A stretch of 64,000 nucleotides of DNA from an uncultured bacterium (GCA_905215815.1 CAJMRN010000001.1:8680-72679), one strand, 5' to 3'; counted from the stretch's first letter, positions 38,321 through 47,820 are shown. A program made the numbers and translations. Notes: generated by a model from the letters alone, not told the origin.

Positions 38321-38389
38321 AGCATCCCATCAACAGCAAGACGGACTTTGAATAGTTGCCTCTCAAAGTCCGTCTTACGCATACGCACG

Positions 38390-38971
38390 TTAGCCGCGCG
38401 CCTTCTTTACGATCGTAAAGTCTGGAGCCATACTCACAACAACATCCGCCGCGCTCGATGCAAAGCGTCGACTGGCATCGAGCTCGCGTGTGACCACCGA
38501 GAGCCGAACGCCCTCGATGCCCCGGAGCATGCGACCCAAAACCGGTTGCACCGGCGTATACATGCGCACGGTATGCTCGTCCGAATCGCCTCGGAAAAGC
38601 GGCGCGTGCATATTGCCGATCTCCCAGCACGCATGCGCGAGCGCAATCGGATCCATGCGGTCGACTTCGACCAAATAGACCTCGGCACTGCGCAGGCGCA
38701 CGACAACCACTACGGGCACCGTGCCCGTGCGGTCGATAGCGAGCACGTCGCCGTCGGCAAGGCGTTCGCCATCAGCGGCATCCAGCCGGACATTCACCGT
38801 GCGCCCCAGCTCCGTCACGCCCACAAACGTGCGCGTATCAGCCTGGTCCCAATCGAGTAGCAGCTCGTCAACCTCAAAAATGCCACCCATCTCCCGACGA
38901 AGCAGGAGTTCATAGGACGGGTCGTTGAGATTTCCCAAGCGCTCCGTAGCTACCAGGTCCCCGGACATCAA
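38390..38971 (-). CDS. ureE: UreE-like urease accessory/metallochaperone protein
   Basis: L.DGDVL and AHACWEIGNMHAP (UreE GNxH motif); no His-rich tail. Confidence 0.7.
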   Translation of the reverse strand: MMSGDLVATERLGNLNDPSYELLLRREMGGIFEVDELLLDWDQADTRTFVGVTELGRTVNVRLDAADGERLADGDVLAIDRTGTVPVVVVVRLRSAEVYLVEVDRMDPIALAHACWEIGNMHAPLFRGDSDEHTVRMYTPVQPVLGRMLRGIEGVRLSVVTRELDASRRFASSAADVVVSMAPDFTIVKKARG

Positions 38972-39400
38972 CTAGTCCTCGACCTCGACGAGCTCGATAT
39001 CAAAGTTGAGGTCCTTGCCGGCCAGCTCGTGGTTGGCGTCGAGCGTCACGGCCTCGGACGTCACGTCGATGACAACAGCAGGGACAGGCATGCCGCTCGG
39101 CGTGGACAGGAAGAGCTTCATGCCCTTCTCGATCTGCTCGATGTTGGGAACCTGCTCGGCCGGGAAGGTAATAACCATCTCGGGATTGTGCTCACCGTAG
39201 GCATCGGCAGCAGGAATGTGTACAGACTTCTTCTCGCCCACCTGCATATCGATAACGGCGGCGTCGAAACCCTTGATCATCTGACCGGCACCGCAGGTGA
39301 ACTCCAGCGGCTCGCCGCGATCATAGGAGCTATCGAACTGCGTGCCGTCGTCGAGCGTGCCACGATAATGGGTCTTAACCTTCTTGCCCTGGTTGGACAT
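38972..39400 (-). CDS. FKBP-type peptidyl-prolyl isomerase (SlyD/SlpA-like)
   Basis: HYRGTLDDGTQFDSS, AYG and DANHELAGKDLNF motifs with insert-in-flap domain; GGAGG RBS. Confidence 0.93.
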   Translation of the reverse strand: MSNQGKKVKTHYRGTLDDGTQFDSSYDRGEPLEFTCGAGQMIKGFDAAVIDMQVGEKKSVHIPAADAYGEHNPEMVITFPAEQVPNIEQIEKGMKLFLSTPSGMPVPAVVIDVTSEAVTLDANHELAGKDLNFDIELVEVED

Positions 39401-39520
39401 GCTAACCTCCGTAATAAGGGCGGCGCACAACGCGGGCCGCCATGAACATATGGCGCTAACTATACCCTAGTCATACAATTCAATGACAGTTTGCAAAGAA
39501 ACGCTGCAACCGGAGGAACC

Positions 39521-40534
39521 ATGGCATACCCCGTATTTGACCTACACTGCGACACCGCCGACCGCATCGGCTGGGCCACGCTTGATCTCGACCTGCGCTT
39601 TACCGCCGGCACCGACGGTTATTTCCCCGGCGACGAGACACATCCGCAGGATTTCGACCTCATCGAGGGCAACGCCTGCGCCATCTCGCTCGCAAAGATC
39701 GGCAACACGCCGTGGGCACAGTGCTTCGCCACGTTTGTCCCCGACGAGATTCCCACCGCCCACGCCGCGCGCTTCCAGGCGCAAATCATGGCACACATGA
39801 GCGGCCAGGCCATGCTCAACCACGACCGCATGGTCAACGTACGCAGCACCGCTGACATTCGCCCTGCACTCAAAGACGGCAAGGTCGCTTGCATCCACAC
39901 CATCGAAAACGCCACGTTCTTTGCCGAGGACCCCGCGCTGATCGAGGTGCTCAAGAGCTTGGGCGTACTCATGTCATCACTCAGCTGGAACGCGCAGGGA
40001 CCGCTCGCGAGCGGACACGATACCCGCGCCGGCCTCACCGCCGCCGGCATCGAGGCGCTTACGCAGATGGAGCACGCCGGCATGGTACTCGACGTCTCCC
40101 ACCTCAACGATGAGTGCTTTGACGAGGTTGTCGCCCACGCCACGCGCCCCTTCGTCGCCAGCCACTCCAACTCCCGTGCGGTTTGCGGCGTCAAGCGCAA
40201 CCTCACCGACGACCAGTTCCGCACCATTCGCGACATGGGCGGTATCGTCGGCCTCAACTACTGCAGCGAGTTCCTTTCCAACGACGCAACCGACAAGACC
40301 GCCGCAGACGTCACCTTCGACCAGCTGGCGGCACATATCGAGCACTGGCTCGACCTGGACGGCGAGGACGTCATCGCGCTCGGCGGCGACTGGGACGGCG
40401 CCAAGGTACCCGACTTCCTCTCCGATGCCAGCAAGATGCCCGAATTCCAGAACATGCTCTCCAAGCACTTTGGCAAGACCGTGATGCAAAAACTCTGCAG
40501 CGATAACGCCCTTGCCTTCTTTGAGCGTTATTAA
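39521..40534 (+). CDS. Membrane dipeptidase family (peptidase M19)
   Basis: DLHCD, DVSH, ASHSN..RNL.D and GGDWDG motifs. Confidence 0.9.
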   Translation: MAYPVFDLHCDTADRIGWATLDLDLRFTAGTDGYFPGDETHPQDFDLIEGNACAISLAKIGNTPWAQCFATFVPDEIPTAHAARFQAQIMAHMSGQAMLNHDRMVNVRSTADIRPALKDGKVACIHTIENATFFAEDPALIEVLKSLGVLMSSLSWNAQGPLASGHDTRAGLTAAGIEALTQMEHAGMVLDVSHLNDECFDEVVAHATRPFVASHSNSRAVCGVKRNLTDDQFRTIRDMGGIVGLNYCSEFLSNDATDKTAADVTFDQLAAHIEHWLDLDGEDVIALGGDWDGAKVPDFLSDASKMPEFQNMLSKHFGKTVMQKLCSDNALAFFERY

Positions 40535-40608
40535 TTTCACATCCCTTGAGCGGGCCGGCATGCCGAGCGATCGACATGCCGGCCCGTCCCCAATCTGAAG
40601 GATAACTT

Positions 40609-41385
40609 TTGACGCAGCAATTTACGATTTCCGTACCCCGACCGGATGAGATGCCCATCCCCGTCGTCGTTACCAAAAAGCGCGTCAAGAACTTCAACCT
40701 GCGCGTCACATCGAGCGGTGAGGTCCACGCCAGCGCACCGCTCGACGCCAGCCGCGAGCGTATCGAAGCGTTTGTAAAGCGCAACAGCGCCTGGATTATC
40801 AACCGACTTGCCCAGCGCGAGCAACGTCAGACGACGGCACAGGAGCCGCTCAGCCCCTCGTCCATCATTGCGCTTTGGGGCAAGCCCATTACGGTACAGG
40901 ACGCACTCGACCACAACTTTGCATCACCCGCACCGCGACCCAAGCAGGCTACCTTCGCAAGTTTTATGGGTACCGACGAATCGGACGAAGGCCCACAGGC
41001 CAAGCGGCGCGCAATCCTAGACGGTCTAACGTCCGACGAGCTCCAAGTCCATATCGACCAGCTCTATACGTCCGAGGTCACATCGGCGCTACGCGATATT
41101 GTGCACGCATACGAAATCGCAATGGGTGTCGCCGTTTCCCGCGTTTCCGTACGCAGCATGAAAACGCGCTGGGGCTCGTGCACGCCCAAAACCGGCGCCA
41201 TTCGCATCGCACGCGAGCTTGCCACCTACCCCGTCGAATGCCTCGACATGGTTGTCGCCCACGAGCTCGTCCACTTGCTCGAGCCAAGCCACAATCAGCG
41301 GTTCCACGCCCTGCTCGACACGTACTGCCCTAACAATAGAGCTCTGTCGCAGCGACTCAAAAAACCGCCCGCCAACGAGCTCTAG
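40609..41385 (+). CDS. YgjP/DUF45 SprT-like zinc metalloprotein
   Basis: MKTRWGSC and VVAHELVHL...H..F motifs. Confidence 0.88.
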   Translation: MTQQFTISVPRPDEMPIPVVVTKKRVKNFNLRVTSSGEVHASAPLDASRERIEAFVKRNSAWIINRLAQREQRQTTAQEPLSPSSIIALWGKPITVQDALDHNFASPAPRPKQATFASFMGTDESDEGPQAKRRAILDGLTSDELQVHIDQLYTSEVTSALRDIVHAYEIAMGVAVSRVSVRSMKTRWGSCTPKTGAIRIARELATYPVECLDMVVAHELVHLLEPSHNQRFHALLDTYCPNNRALSQRLKKPPANEL

Positions 41386-41391
41386 CGTCGG

Positions 41392-41877
41392 CTAGCGCAC
41401 GCGCTCGATCTCGACGCCACAGCTTGCCAGGGGAAGACCGACGGGCGCCCAAGGCTTATCGAGCTTAACACGCACGCCAAGCAGCAAGGGGTAACGACGT
41501 AGCAGCATCTGGGACACACCCTCGGCTGCAGCCTCGATGAGCTTAAACGTATGCTCGCGCAAATAGCCATCGACATCGTGGCACACCGAGCCGTAATCAA
41601 TAGAGGCATCCAGGTTATCGTGCTCCCCCGCCGCGCGCAGGTCGGCATAGAGTACCAAGGACACGACAAACTTCTGCCCCAGGGCGTTCTCCTCGGGATA
41701 CACGCCGTGGTTGGCAAAGACCTCGAGACCGTCGATAGTAATGCGGTCGGCATGGCGCAGGTCGTCATAGCTCACATGGGGTACCGCCGTAGCAGCAGAA
41801 ATGTCGCCCCTGCCACGACGGGCAAGCTCGGCACCCTCGGTCTTGGTTGCATTCTCGGGCAGCTTTTTGTTAGTCAT
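41392..41877 (-). CDS. folB: Dihydroneopterin aldolase
   Basis: HGVYPEE..LGQKF, DYG, LIE and KPWAP motifs. Confidence 0.9.
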   Translation of the reverse strand: MTNKKLPENATKTEGAELARRGRGDISAATAVPHVSYDDLRHADRITIDGLEVFANHGVYPEENALGQKFVVSLVLYADLRAAGEHDNLDASIDYGSVCHDVDGYLREHTFKLIEAAAEGVSQMLLRRYPLLLGVRVKLDKPWAPVGLPLASCGVEIERVR

Positions 41878-41920
41878 CGCGATCGTCTCCTTCGTTTAGA
41901 ACCCCGACCGCGCACACCAA

Positions 41921-42502
41921 CTACACGCGAATCGACAGGTTCTTTTTATCATCGCTCCAGTTGCAGGCATTGCGCGCAGGGCATGCAAAGCAGGCGCGCG
42001 ACGCTTTGTCGGCTGCATAAAGCAGACGCTCAAGCGGCTGGCTGTTCACGCGCAGCTTTCGATGGCCCAGGATGGCCGTCTTAATGGCTGCGGCATCTGC
42101 CGGCTCAAACGCCACGTCTTCGGGCATGCCGCCGAGAATCGCATCAGCGACGCGCTCGCTTGCAACATCATGGGATATACCCGATTCATACTGTTCATCT
42201 TTGCCGATATCGTGAAGAAGTGCCGTGGCATAGATGACCTCGCGGTCAAATTCGAGTTGCTCCTCAAGATTCTTAATCCACATAATGCGCGCGACATCCA
42301 GCAGATGGTCAATACCGTGGCGGCAAAAGATGCGCCCCGATTCCAACTGAGCAATGTTGCCCAGGTGCCGCCGGAACAGCCCGTTGGCACAGATGTAATC
42401 AATGCGAGGCATGGCACCAAAGGGGGTCAGGCCCGAAGCCATAAAGCCGCGACGCGGCGTTCCCCCATCGGTCTTCGATGCAAAGTCGTTGACGACTCTC
42501 AT
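41921..42502 (-). CDS. HD-domain phosphohydrolase
   Basis: FCRH..H.LDVAR, ALLHDIGK and ADK.SR.C..C motifs; lies between folE and folB. Confidence 0.85.
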   Translation of the reverse strand: MRVVNDFASKTDGGTPRRGFMASGLTPFGAMPRIDYICANGLFRRHLGNIAQLESGRIFCRHGIDHLLDVARIMWIKNLEEQLEFDREVIYATALLHDIGKDEQYESGISHDVASERVADAILGGMPEDVAFEPADAAAIKTAILGHRKLRVNSQPLERLLYAADKASRACFACPARNACNWSDDKKNLSIRV

Positions 42503-42504
42503 GG

Positions 42505-43062
42505 TTAGCGACCCAGCATCCTAAAGAATCGCTCCTCGAGCGACGGATCGGTCTCAAAGACACCGCGACGAGCAAGCGTTACGGTCTTGGTACCGGGCTT
42601 TTGCACGCCGCGCATGGTCATGCACATATGCTCGGCTTCCATCAGTACGATCGCTCCTTGGGGAGCAAGATAATCCATGAGGGCATCGGCAACCTGTGCA
42701 CACAGCTGCTCCTGCAGCTGCAGACGACGGGCATAGACCTCAACCGTGCGGGCAAGCTTAGACAGACCCGCCACGCGGCCGTTAGGGATATAGCCAATGG
42801 CAGCCTTACCATAAAACGGCAGCAGATGATGCTCGCACAGCGAGTAAAACGTAATGTCGCGCTCGATAACCAAATCGTTCGAAGCGACGGCAAAGGTTTT
42901 GGACAGGTGCTCCTCGGCGCTCTGATCCATGCCGCCGGCAATCTCGCCATACATACGGGCGACGCGTGCCGGCGTCTCCAGCAGGCCCTCACGAGTTGGG
43001 TCCTCGCCTATGCCCTCAAGCAACAGCTTTATTGCGGTCTCAACTTTTTCCTGATCGACCAT
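42505..43062 (-). CDS. folE: GTP cyclohydrolase I
   Basis: [24 protein letters not shown] and HMCMTMRG motifs. Confidence 0.97.
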   Translation of the reverse strand: MVDQEKVETAIKLLLEGIGEDPTREGLLETPARVARMYGEIAGGMDQSAEEHLSKTFAVASNDLVIERDITFYSLCEHHLLPFYGKAAIGYIPNGRVAGLSKLARTVEVYARRLQLQEQLCAQVADALMDYLAPQGAIVLMEAEHMCMTMRGVQKPGTKTVTLARRGVFETDPSLEERFFRMLGR

Positions 43063-43129
43063 CTGGGCCTCACTTTTTTCGATTTCGCGTTCGCGCTATG
43101 GTACCACGCCCTCCAGCATCGGCCGCCAG

Positions 43130-43711
43130 CTACATAGTATGGGTCGAATAGACCGGATCGTCTCGCCAAAGCTCCACAGCATCGCAAAGCGCAACGCCCT
43201 CACGCGCGGCACGAGCGCGCGTGGCGTTCATGTCGATCACGCGCTGATTACTCGAGCCCCTAAAACGCAACGAAATATCGTACAAGTCTTGAACGAACGG
43301 GCCGTCCACCAACATGTCGAGGCAGGCGAGAATGCGGTCCGTCACCTCGGTATGATGACGACCGTCCGGCATAAGTTCCTCGAGCACGTCACCGGTAAAG
43401 CACCAAATGGTCTTCCCCGACTCCACAGGGTAGGCCGCACGCACGCGTTCGATAAAGTCAACGAGACCCGCCTGGTTCTCGGGTTCCATGGGCTCGCCAC
43501 CCAGAATCGTCAGGCCATCAATAAAGGGATGGTCGAGACTCTCGATAATCTTGTCCTCGACGGCACGGTCGAACGGTTCACCCGCGGCAAAGTCCCACGC
43601 GACGGAGTTAAAGCAATTCTTGCACCCACGACGGCACCCACTCACAAACAGAGAAGTACGAACACCTTCCCCATTAGCAATGTCGAAATACTTAATGTTC
43701 GCGTAGTTCAT
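43130..43711 (-). CDS. nrdG: Anaerobic ribonucleotide reductase activating enzyme
   Basis: NGEGVR..FVSGC...C..CFN, GGEP, DGPF and RGSSNQR motifs. Confidence 0.95.
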   Translation of the reverse strand: MNYANIKYFDIANGEGVRTSLFVSGCRRGCKNCFNSVAWDFAAGEPFDRAVEDKIIESLDHPFIDGLTILGGEPMEPENQAGLVDFIERVRAAYPVESGKTIWCFTGDVLEELMPDGRHHTEVTDRILACLDMLVDGPFVQDLYDISLRFRGSSNQRVIDMNATRARAAREGVALCDAVELWRDDPVYSTHTM

Positions 43712-43943
43712 AGGTAACTCTCCTGGGAGGCCGGGACATATCATCCCGTCCTCAAACATTCTCGGCCTGCGGCCTGCGAAACTGCGGGCGGGACGATATG
43801 CCCCGGCCTCATGCAAAGGGTAACTCAATGAACGAAGCGAACATCGAGTATAGGGTTCGAGGTCCAATAAAAGCTTTGTTGCAGCTCAACCGACTCCGCA
43901 AGCAAACCGTTGTTGCAAGTCAACTCATTTCCGCTAAGAACTT

Positions 43944-44171
43944 CGAGGAGTGAGCAGACCGCATGCTGCATCTCAACTACGTCAACTTGGCTGCCCCGTA
44001 GCGAGGCCCCGGACCTTTGCTCGATATGAGTTCCGCACGAACAGGAGGCGCCAGTGGCGCCTCCGTCGTGAGCCAAGACTGTCCGAAATAGCGAGTAAAG
44101 GTCCGGGGCCTCGCTACGGGGCAGCTTGGGATGGTTATTAGAGATGCAGCACGCGGTCGCGGATCTCCTCG
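43944..44171. repeat. ~228-bp imperfect palindrome spanning the nrdD 3' end and nrdD-nrdG spacer
   Basis: Arms 43990-44023/44092-44125 (33/34), 43957-74/44141-58 (17/18) and 43944-50/44165-71 share one axis; central GGAGGCGCCA-G-TGGCGCCTCC. Confidence 0.9.
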
Positions 44172-46360
44172 GTTCGACCCTGGTTCCAGAATTGAGTACC
44201 GATGTAGCCGCACGTACGACGGGCGACATTCATCTTCTCCTGATCGCGGTTGCCGCAGTTGGGGCACTCCCACACCAGCTTGCCGTCATCCTCGACAATC
44301 TTGATCTCGCCATCGTAGCCGCACACCTGGCAGTAATCGCTCTTGGTGTTGAGCTCGGCGTACATGATGTTGTCGTAGATGTACTGCATCACGCGAATGA
44401 CAGCCTTGAGGTTGTCCTGCATGTTGGGAACCTCGACGTAGGAAATGGCACCGCCCGGCGAAAGCTGCTGGAACATGCCCTCAAACTTGAGCTTATCGAA
44501 GGCATCGATCTCCTCGGACACGTGGACGTGATAGCTGTTAGTAATGTAGCCCTTGTCCGTCACGCCCGGGATAATGCCAAAACGGCGCTGCAGGCACTTG
44601 GCAAACTTGTAGGTCGTCGACTCCAGCGGCGTGCCGTACAGCGAGAAATCGATGTCGCTTTCGGCCTTCCACTCGGCGCATTTGTCGTTCATGTGCTGCA
44701 TGACGGCCATGGCAAACGGCGTGCCTTCCTTCTCGGTGTGGCTGTGGCCCGTCATGTACTTGACGCACTCATACAGACCGGCATACCCCAGGCTGATGGT
44801 GGAATAGCCGCCCACGAGCAGTTTGTCGATCGTCTCGCCCTTCTTAAGGCGCGCCAGGGCGCCGTACTGCCACAGAATCGGTGCGGCATCCGAAAGCGTG
44901 CCCATCAGGCGCTCATGACGGCATAGCAGGGCACGATGGCACAGCTCAAGGCGCTCGTCGAAGATCTTCCAGAACTTGTCCATGTCCTGATGCGAGCTCA
45001 GTGCGACATCGGGCAGGTTGATGGTCACAACACCCTGGTTAAAGCGGCCATAGTACTTAGGTTTGGTCGGGTCATAGTTCAGCGCGTTGGCAACATTGTT
45101 AAAGCCGTTGCCCGAACGGTCGGGCGTCAGGAAGCTGCGGCAACCCATGCAGGTGTAGCAATCGCCATTGCCGGCGGTCTCACCCTTAGACAGCTTGAGC
45201 TCACGCATCTTCTTCTCAGAGATGTAGTCGGGCACCATGCGCTTGGCAGTGCACTTGGCAGCCAGCTGGGTCAGGTAGAAGTACGGGGAATTCTCGTGAA
45301 CGTTATCGTCCTCGAGCACATAGATAAGCTTGGGGAATGCCGGGGTAATCCACACGCCGGCCTCGTTCTTAACGCCCTCGTAGCGCTGGCGAAGCGTCTC
45401 CTCCACGATCATGGCAAGGTCGTGCTTCTCCTGAGGCGTACGGGCCTCGTTAAGATACATAAAGACCGTCACGAACGGTGCCTGGCCATTCGTGGTCATA
45501 AGCGTCACGACCTGATACTGAATCGTCTGGACGCCGCGACGGATCTCGTCACGCAGACGGTCCTCAACGACCTCACGGACCTTTTCGGGAGATGCGGAAA
45601 CGCCGAGCTCCTCAAGCTCGCGAGCAACCTCGCCGCGAATCTTTTGACGGCTCACCTCGACGAACGGGGCGAGATGAGTCAGCGAAATCGACTGGCCGCC
45701 GTATTGGGAGGAAGCAACCTGGGCGATGATCTGCGTCGCGATGTTGCAGGCCGTCGAGAAGCTGTGCGGCTTCTCAATCAGCGTACCCGAGATAACAGTA
45801 CCGTTCTGGAGCATATCCTCCAGGTTCACCAGGTCGCAGTTATGCATGTGCTGGGCAAAGTAGTCCGAATCGTGGAAGTGAATCAGGCCCTCGTTGTGAG
45901 CATCCACGATCTCCTGGGGCAGCAGCACGCGCTGCGTCAGGTCCTTGGAAATCTCGCCGGCCATGTAGTCGCGCTGAACGGAGTTGACGGTCGGGTTCTT
46001 GTTAGAGTTCTCCTGCTTAACCTCTTCGTTGTTGCATTCGATCAGCGACAGAATCTTGTCGTCGGTCGTGTTCTTTTGGCGCTTTAGGCTCTGAACATAG
46101 CGATAGATGATGTAGTGGCGAGCGACCTCGTAGCAGTCGAGACGCATAATCTCGTCCTCGACCAAATCCTGGATCTCCTCGACCGATACGGTGTGACCGG
46201 CCTTCTCACATGCCTCGGCGACGTTTTGTGCCGCATAGATCACCTGGCGGTCGGTAAGGCGAGAGCCTTCCTCGACCTCCAAGTTTGCGGCGCGAATCGC
46301 ATTGACGATCTTATCGATGTCAAAGGTAACCTCGGTGCCGCTGCGCTTGATGATCTTCAT
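44138..46360 (-). CDS. nrdD: Class III anaerobic ribonucleoside-triphosphate reductase
   Basis: N-terminal ATP-cone KIIKRSG, MGCRS, YGTPLES and RRTCGYI glycyl-radical motif. Confidence 0.97.
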   Translation of the reverse strand: MKIIKRSGTEVTFDIDKIVNAIRAANLEVEEGSRLTDRQVIYAAQNVAEACEKAGHTVSVEEIQDLVEDEIMRLDCYEVARHYIIYRYVQSLKRQKNTTDDKILSLIECNNEEVKQENSNKNPTVNSVQRDYMAGEISKDLTQRVLLPQEIVDAHNEGLIHFHDSDYFAQHMHNCDLVNLEDMLQNGTVISGTLIEKPHSFSTACNIATQIIAQVASSQYGGQSISLTHLAPFVEVSRQKIRGEVARELEELGVSASPEKVREVVEDRLRDEIRRGVQTIQYQVVTLMTTNGQAPFVTVFMYLNEARTPQEKHDLAMIVEETLRQRYEGVKNEAGVWITPAFPKLIYVLEDDNVHENSPYFYLTQLAAKCTAKRMVPDYISEKKMRELKLSKGETAGNGDCYTCMGCRSFLTPDRSGNGFNNVANALNYDPTKPKYYGRFNQGVVTINLPDVALSSHQDMDKFWKIFDERLELCHRALLCRHERLMGTLSDAAPILWQYGALARLKKGETIDKLLVGGYSTISLGYAGLYECVKYMTGHSHTEKEGTPFAMAVMQHMNDKCAEWKAESDIDFSLYGTPLESTTYKFAKCLQRRFGIIPGVTDKGYITNSYHVHVSEEIDAFDKLKFEGMFQQLSPGGAISYVEVPNMQDNLKAVIRVMQYIYDNIMYAELNTKSDYCQVCGYDGEIKIVEDDGKLVWECPNCGNRDQEKMNVARRTCGYIGTQFWNQGRTEEIRDRVLHL

Positions 46361-46583
46361 CCTCTTGCCTCTTTCGCATCGTAGCCTCATTGCGCTTCAG
46401 AGCCAAACGATGCCTGGCAGGGCTTACCCTGTCTTGCGGCGCCGTCGCGCAATCTGTGTTTTCGATAACCATAGACCCTCATGCGGACAATCCTCGCAGC
46501 CGATCAAGGGGCTCAAAGATCCATCCAAATGGGGCGAATAAGGTTCTCGCTCTCTGTCCGTCATCTATCATACGACAAAGAGG

Positions 46584-46631
46584 CATCTATATCCTGTATT
46601 CATTTTTTAAGTTAAACACAACATATAGTGT
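46584..46631. promoter_or_regulatory. Tandem NrdR boxes
   Basis: CATCTATATCCTGTAT 46584-99 and ACACAACATATAGTGT 46616-31, 32 bp apart, upstream of nrdD. Confidence 0.85.
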
Positions 46632-46981
46632 TTCAGCAGGTAAAAGTAATTAGTCAATTTGCAGACGCATTAAAAATGAAGGCCTCTTGGTAGGCTGCTA
46701 AAACGTTATCAACTCGACTACCTGCGCGGCAGTTTTGAAACCCCCTCAACCGAGTCGCCGCCAAATAGCACCAAAATCAAGCCGCTCGCGCTAAAAGAAT
46801 CCAAAAGTTTGTCCTTGACCAACATGTTGCGGTCGTGCCTTGCCGAGCCTCATGCAACCGCGGCACGAATCTTGAAAGATATGTGTATGCAAGCGGAGAA
46901 GATGAGAGTTTCCTCGGATGACTACTGAGAAGCATCCCGGAAGAGCAAAAAACTCGAAATTTGGTGACGTATTTGGCAACC

Positions 46982-47017
46982 AAAACAAAACAGCCCAGAG
47001 ACATAGCCTCTGAGCTG
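46982..47017 (-). terminator. Terminator after tRNA-Gly/tRNA-Val
   Basis: Minus strand CAGCTCAGAG...CTCTGGGCTG followed by TTTTGTTTT. Confidence 0.7.
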
Positions 47018-47025
47018 CGAACATT

Positions 47026-47100
47026 TGGTGGGCGTTAGAAGATTTGAACTTCTGACCTCTTCCGTGTCAGGGAAGCGCTCTCCCCCTGAGCTAAACGCCC
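47026..47100 (-). tRNA. tRNA-Val(GAC)
   Basis: GGGCGTTTAGCTCAG..CTTCC-CTGACAC-GGAAG..GTTCAAATC..ACGCCCACCA. Confidence 0.96.
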
Positions 47101-47103
47101 AAA

Positions 47104-47179
47104 TGGAGCGGACAACGGGGCTCGAACCCGCGACCCCAACCTTGGCAAGGTTGTGCTCTACCAACTGAGCCATGTCCGC
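47104..47179 (-). tRNA. tRNA-Gly(GCC)
   Basis: GCGGACATGGCTCAGTTGG..CAACC-TTGCCAA-GGTTG..GGTTCGAG..GTCCGCTCCA. Confidence 0.97.
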
Positions 47180-47443
47180 CTGCGAGGATTTAATATACGG
47201 GATGATTAACCCAAATGCAAGAATTATTTTCGAATAATTTGAAAATAGTTCCCGATACCGATGACCCCCGCCTGCTTTGCCGTTCATTACATTGGAAGGA
47301 CGGAGATCACGGGGAAAGAGCCCCAGCAGCGAGCGACGTCCCAGTGCCCCGGATCACCTCAAAGCAAGCGGGCGTAGGCCGGATGGCCACGCCCGTGAAG
47401 CTGAGGGGCAAGATGGGGTGCCCGGAGCCCGCGCAGCGTCAAC

Positions 47444-47470
47444 AAAAAACGCGGTTCGTTAGAACCGCGT
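47444..47470 (-). terminator. Terminator after the tRNA-Gly 3' remnant
   Basis: ACGCGGTTC-TAAC-GAACCGCGT plus T-tract on minus strand. Confidence 0.7.
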
Positions 47471-47478
47471 AAAATTAG

Positions 47479-47496
47479 TGGAGCGGACAACGGGGC
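47479..47496 (-). repeat. 18-bp exact copy of the tRNA-Gly(GCC) 3' end including CCA (att-like remnant)
   Basis: TGGAGCGGACAACGGGGC identical to 47104-47121. Confidence 0.85.
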
Positions 47497-47669
47497 GTCC
47501 GCGTATCCGCTTCGCGGATCCGCACCGGCTTCGCCCGCCTGCCGGCGCGCTCGCCCGCTCGCTACGGACGCTCCGCGTCCGCTTCACGCTCGCGCCTCGA
47601 CCGAGGTTCGAATCCATGGGATGCCGCCATAAAAGAAAAGCCCCCGTTGCCGGAGGCTTCAAGTTCGAT

Positions 47670-47746
47670 TGGTGCGGCGTATAGGATTCGAACCTATGAC
47701 GTTCTGATTCGTAGTCAGACCCTCTATCCAGCTGAGGTAACGCCGC
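47670..47746 (-). tRNA. tRNA-Arg(ACG)
   Basis: GCGGCGTTACCTCAGCTGGATAGAGG..TCTGA-CTACGAA-TCAGA..GGTTCGAATCC..ACGCCGCACCA. Confidence 0.96.
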
Positions 47747-47820
47747 AGCGCAAGACATATAAAACCACTTTAGTTAGTTGGAGTCAAGCACAATCCCAAA
47801 CTTTTTTGAGAATATGTTCC

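Noticed and set aside
43712..44137. Group I/II intron or coding extension (ORF 43130-43867) in the nrdD-nrdG spacer
   Set aside because: nrdD and nrdG are both uninterrupted, no intron core motifs were seen, and NrdG homology starts at MNYANIK (43711)
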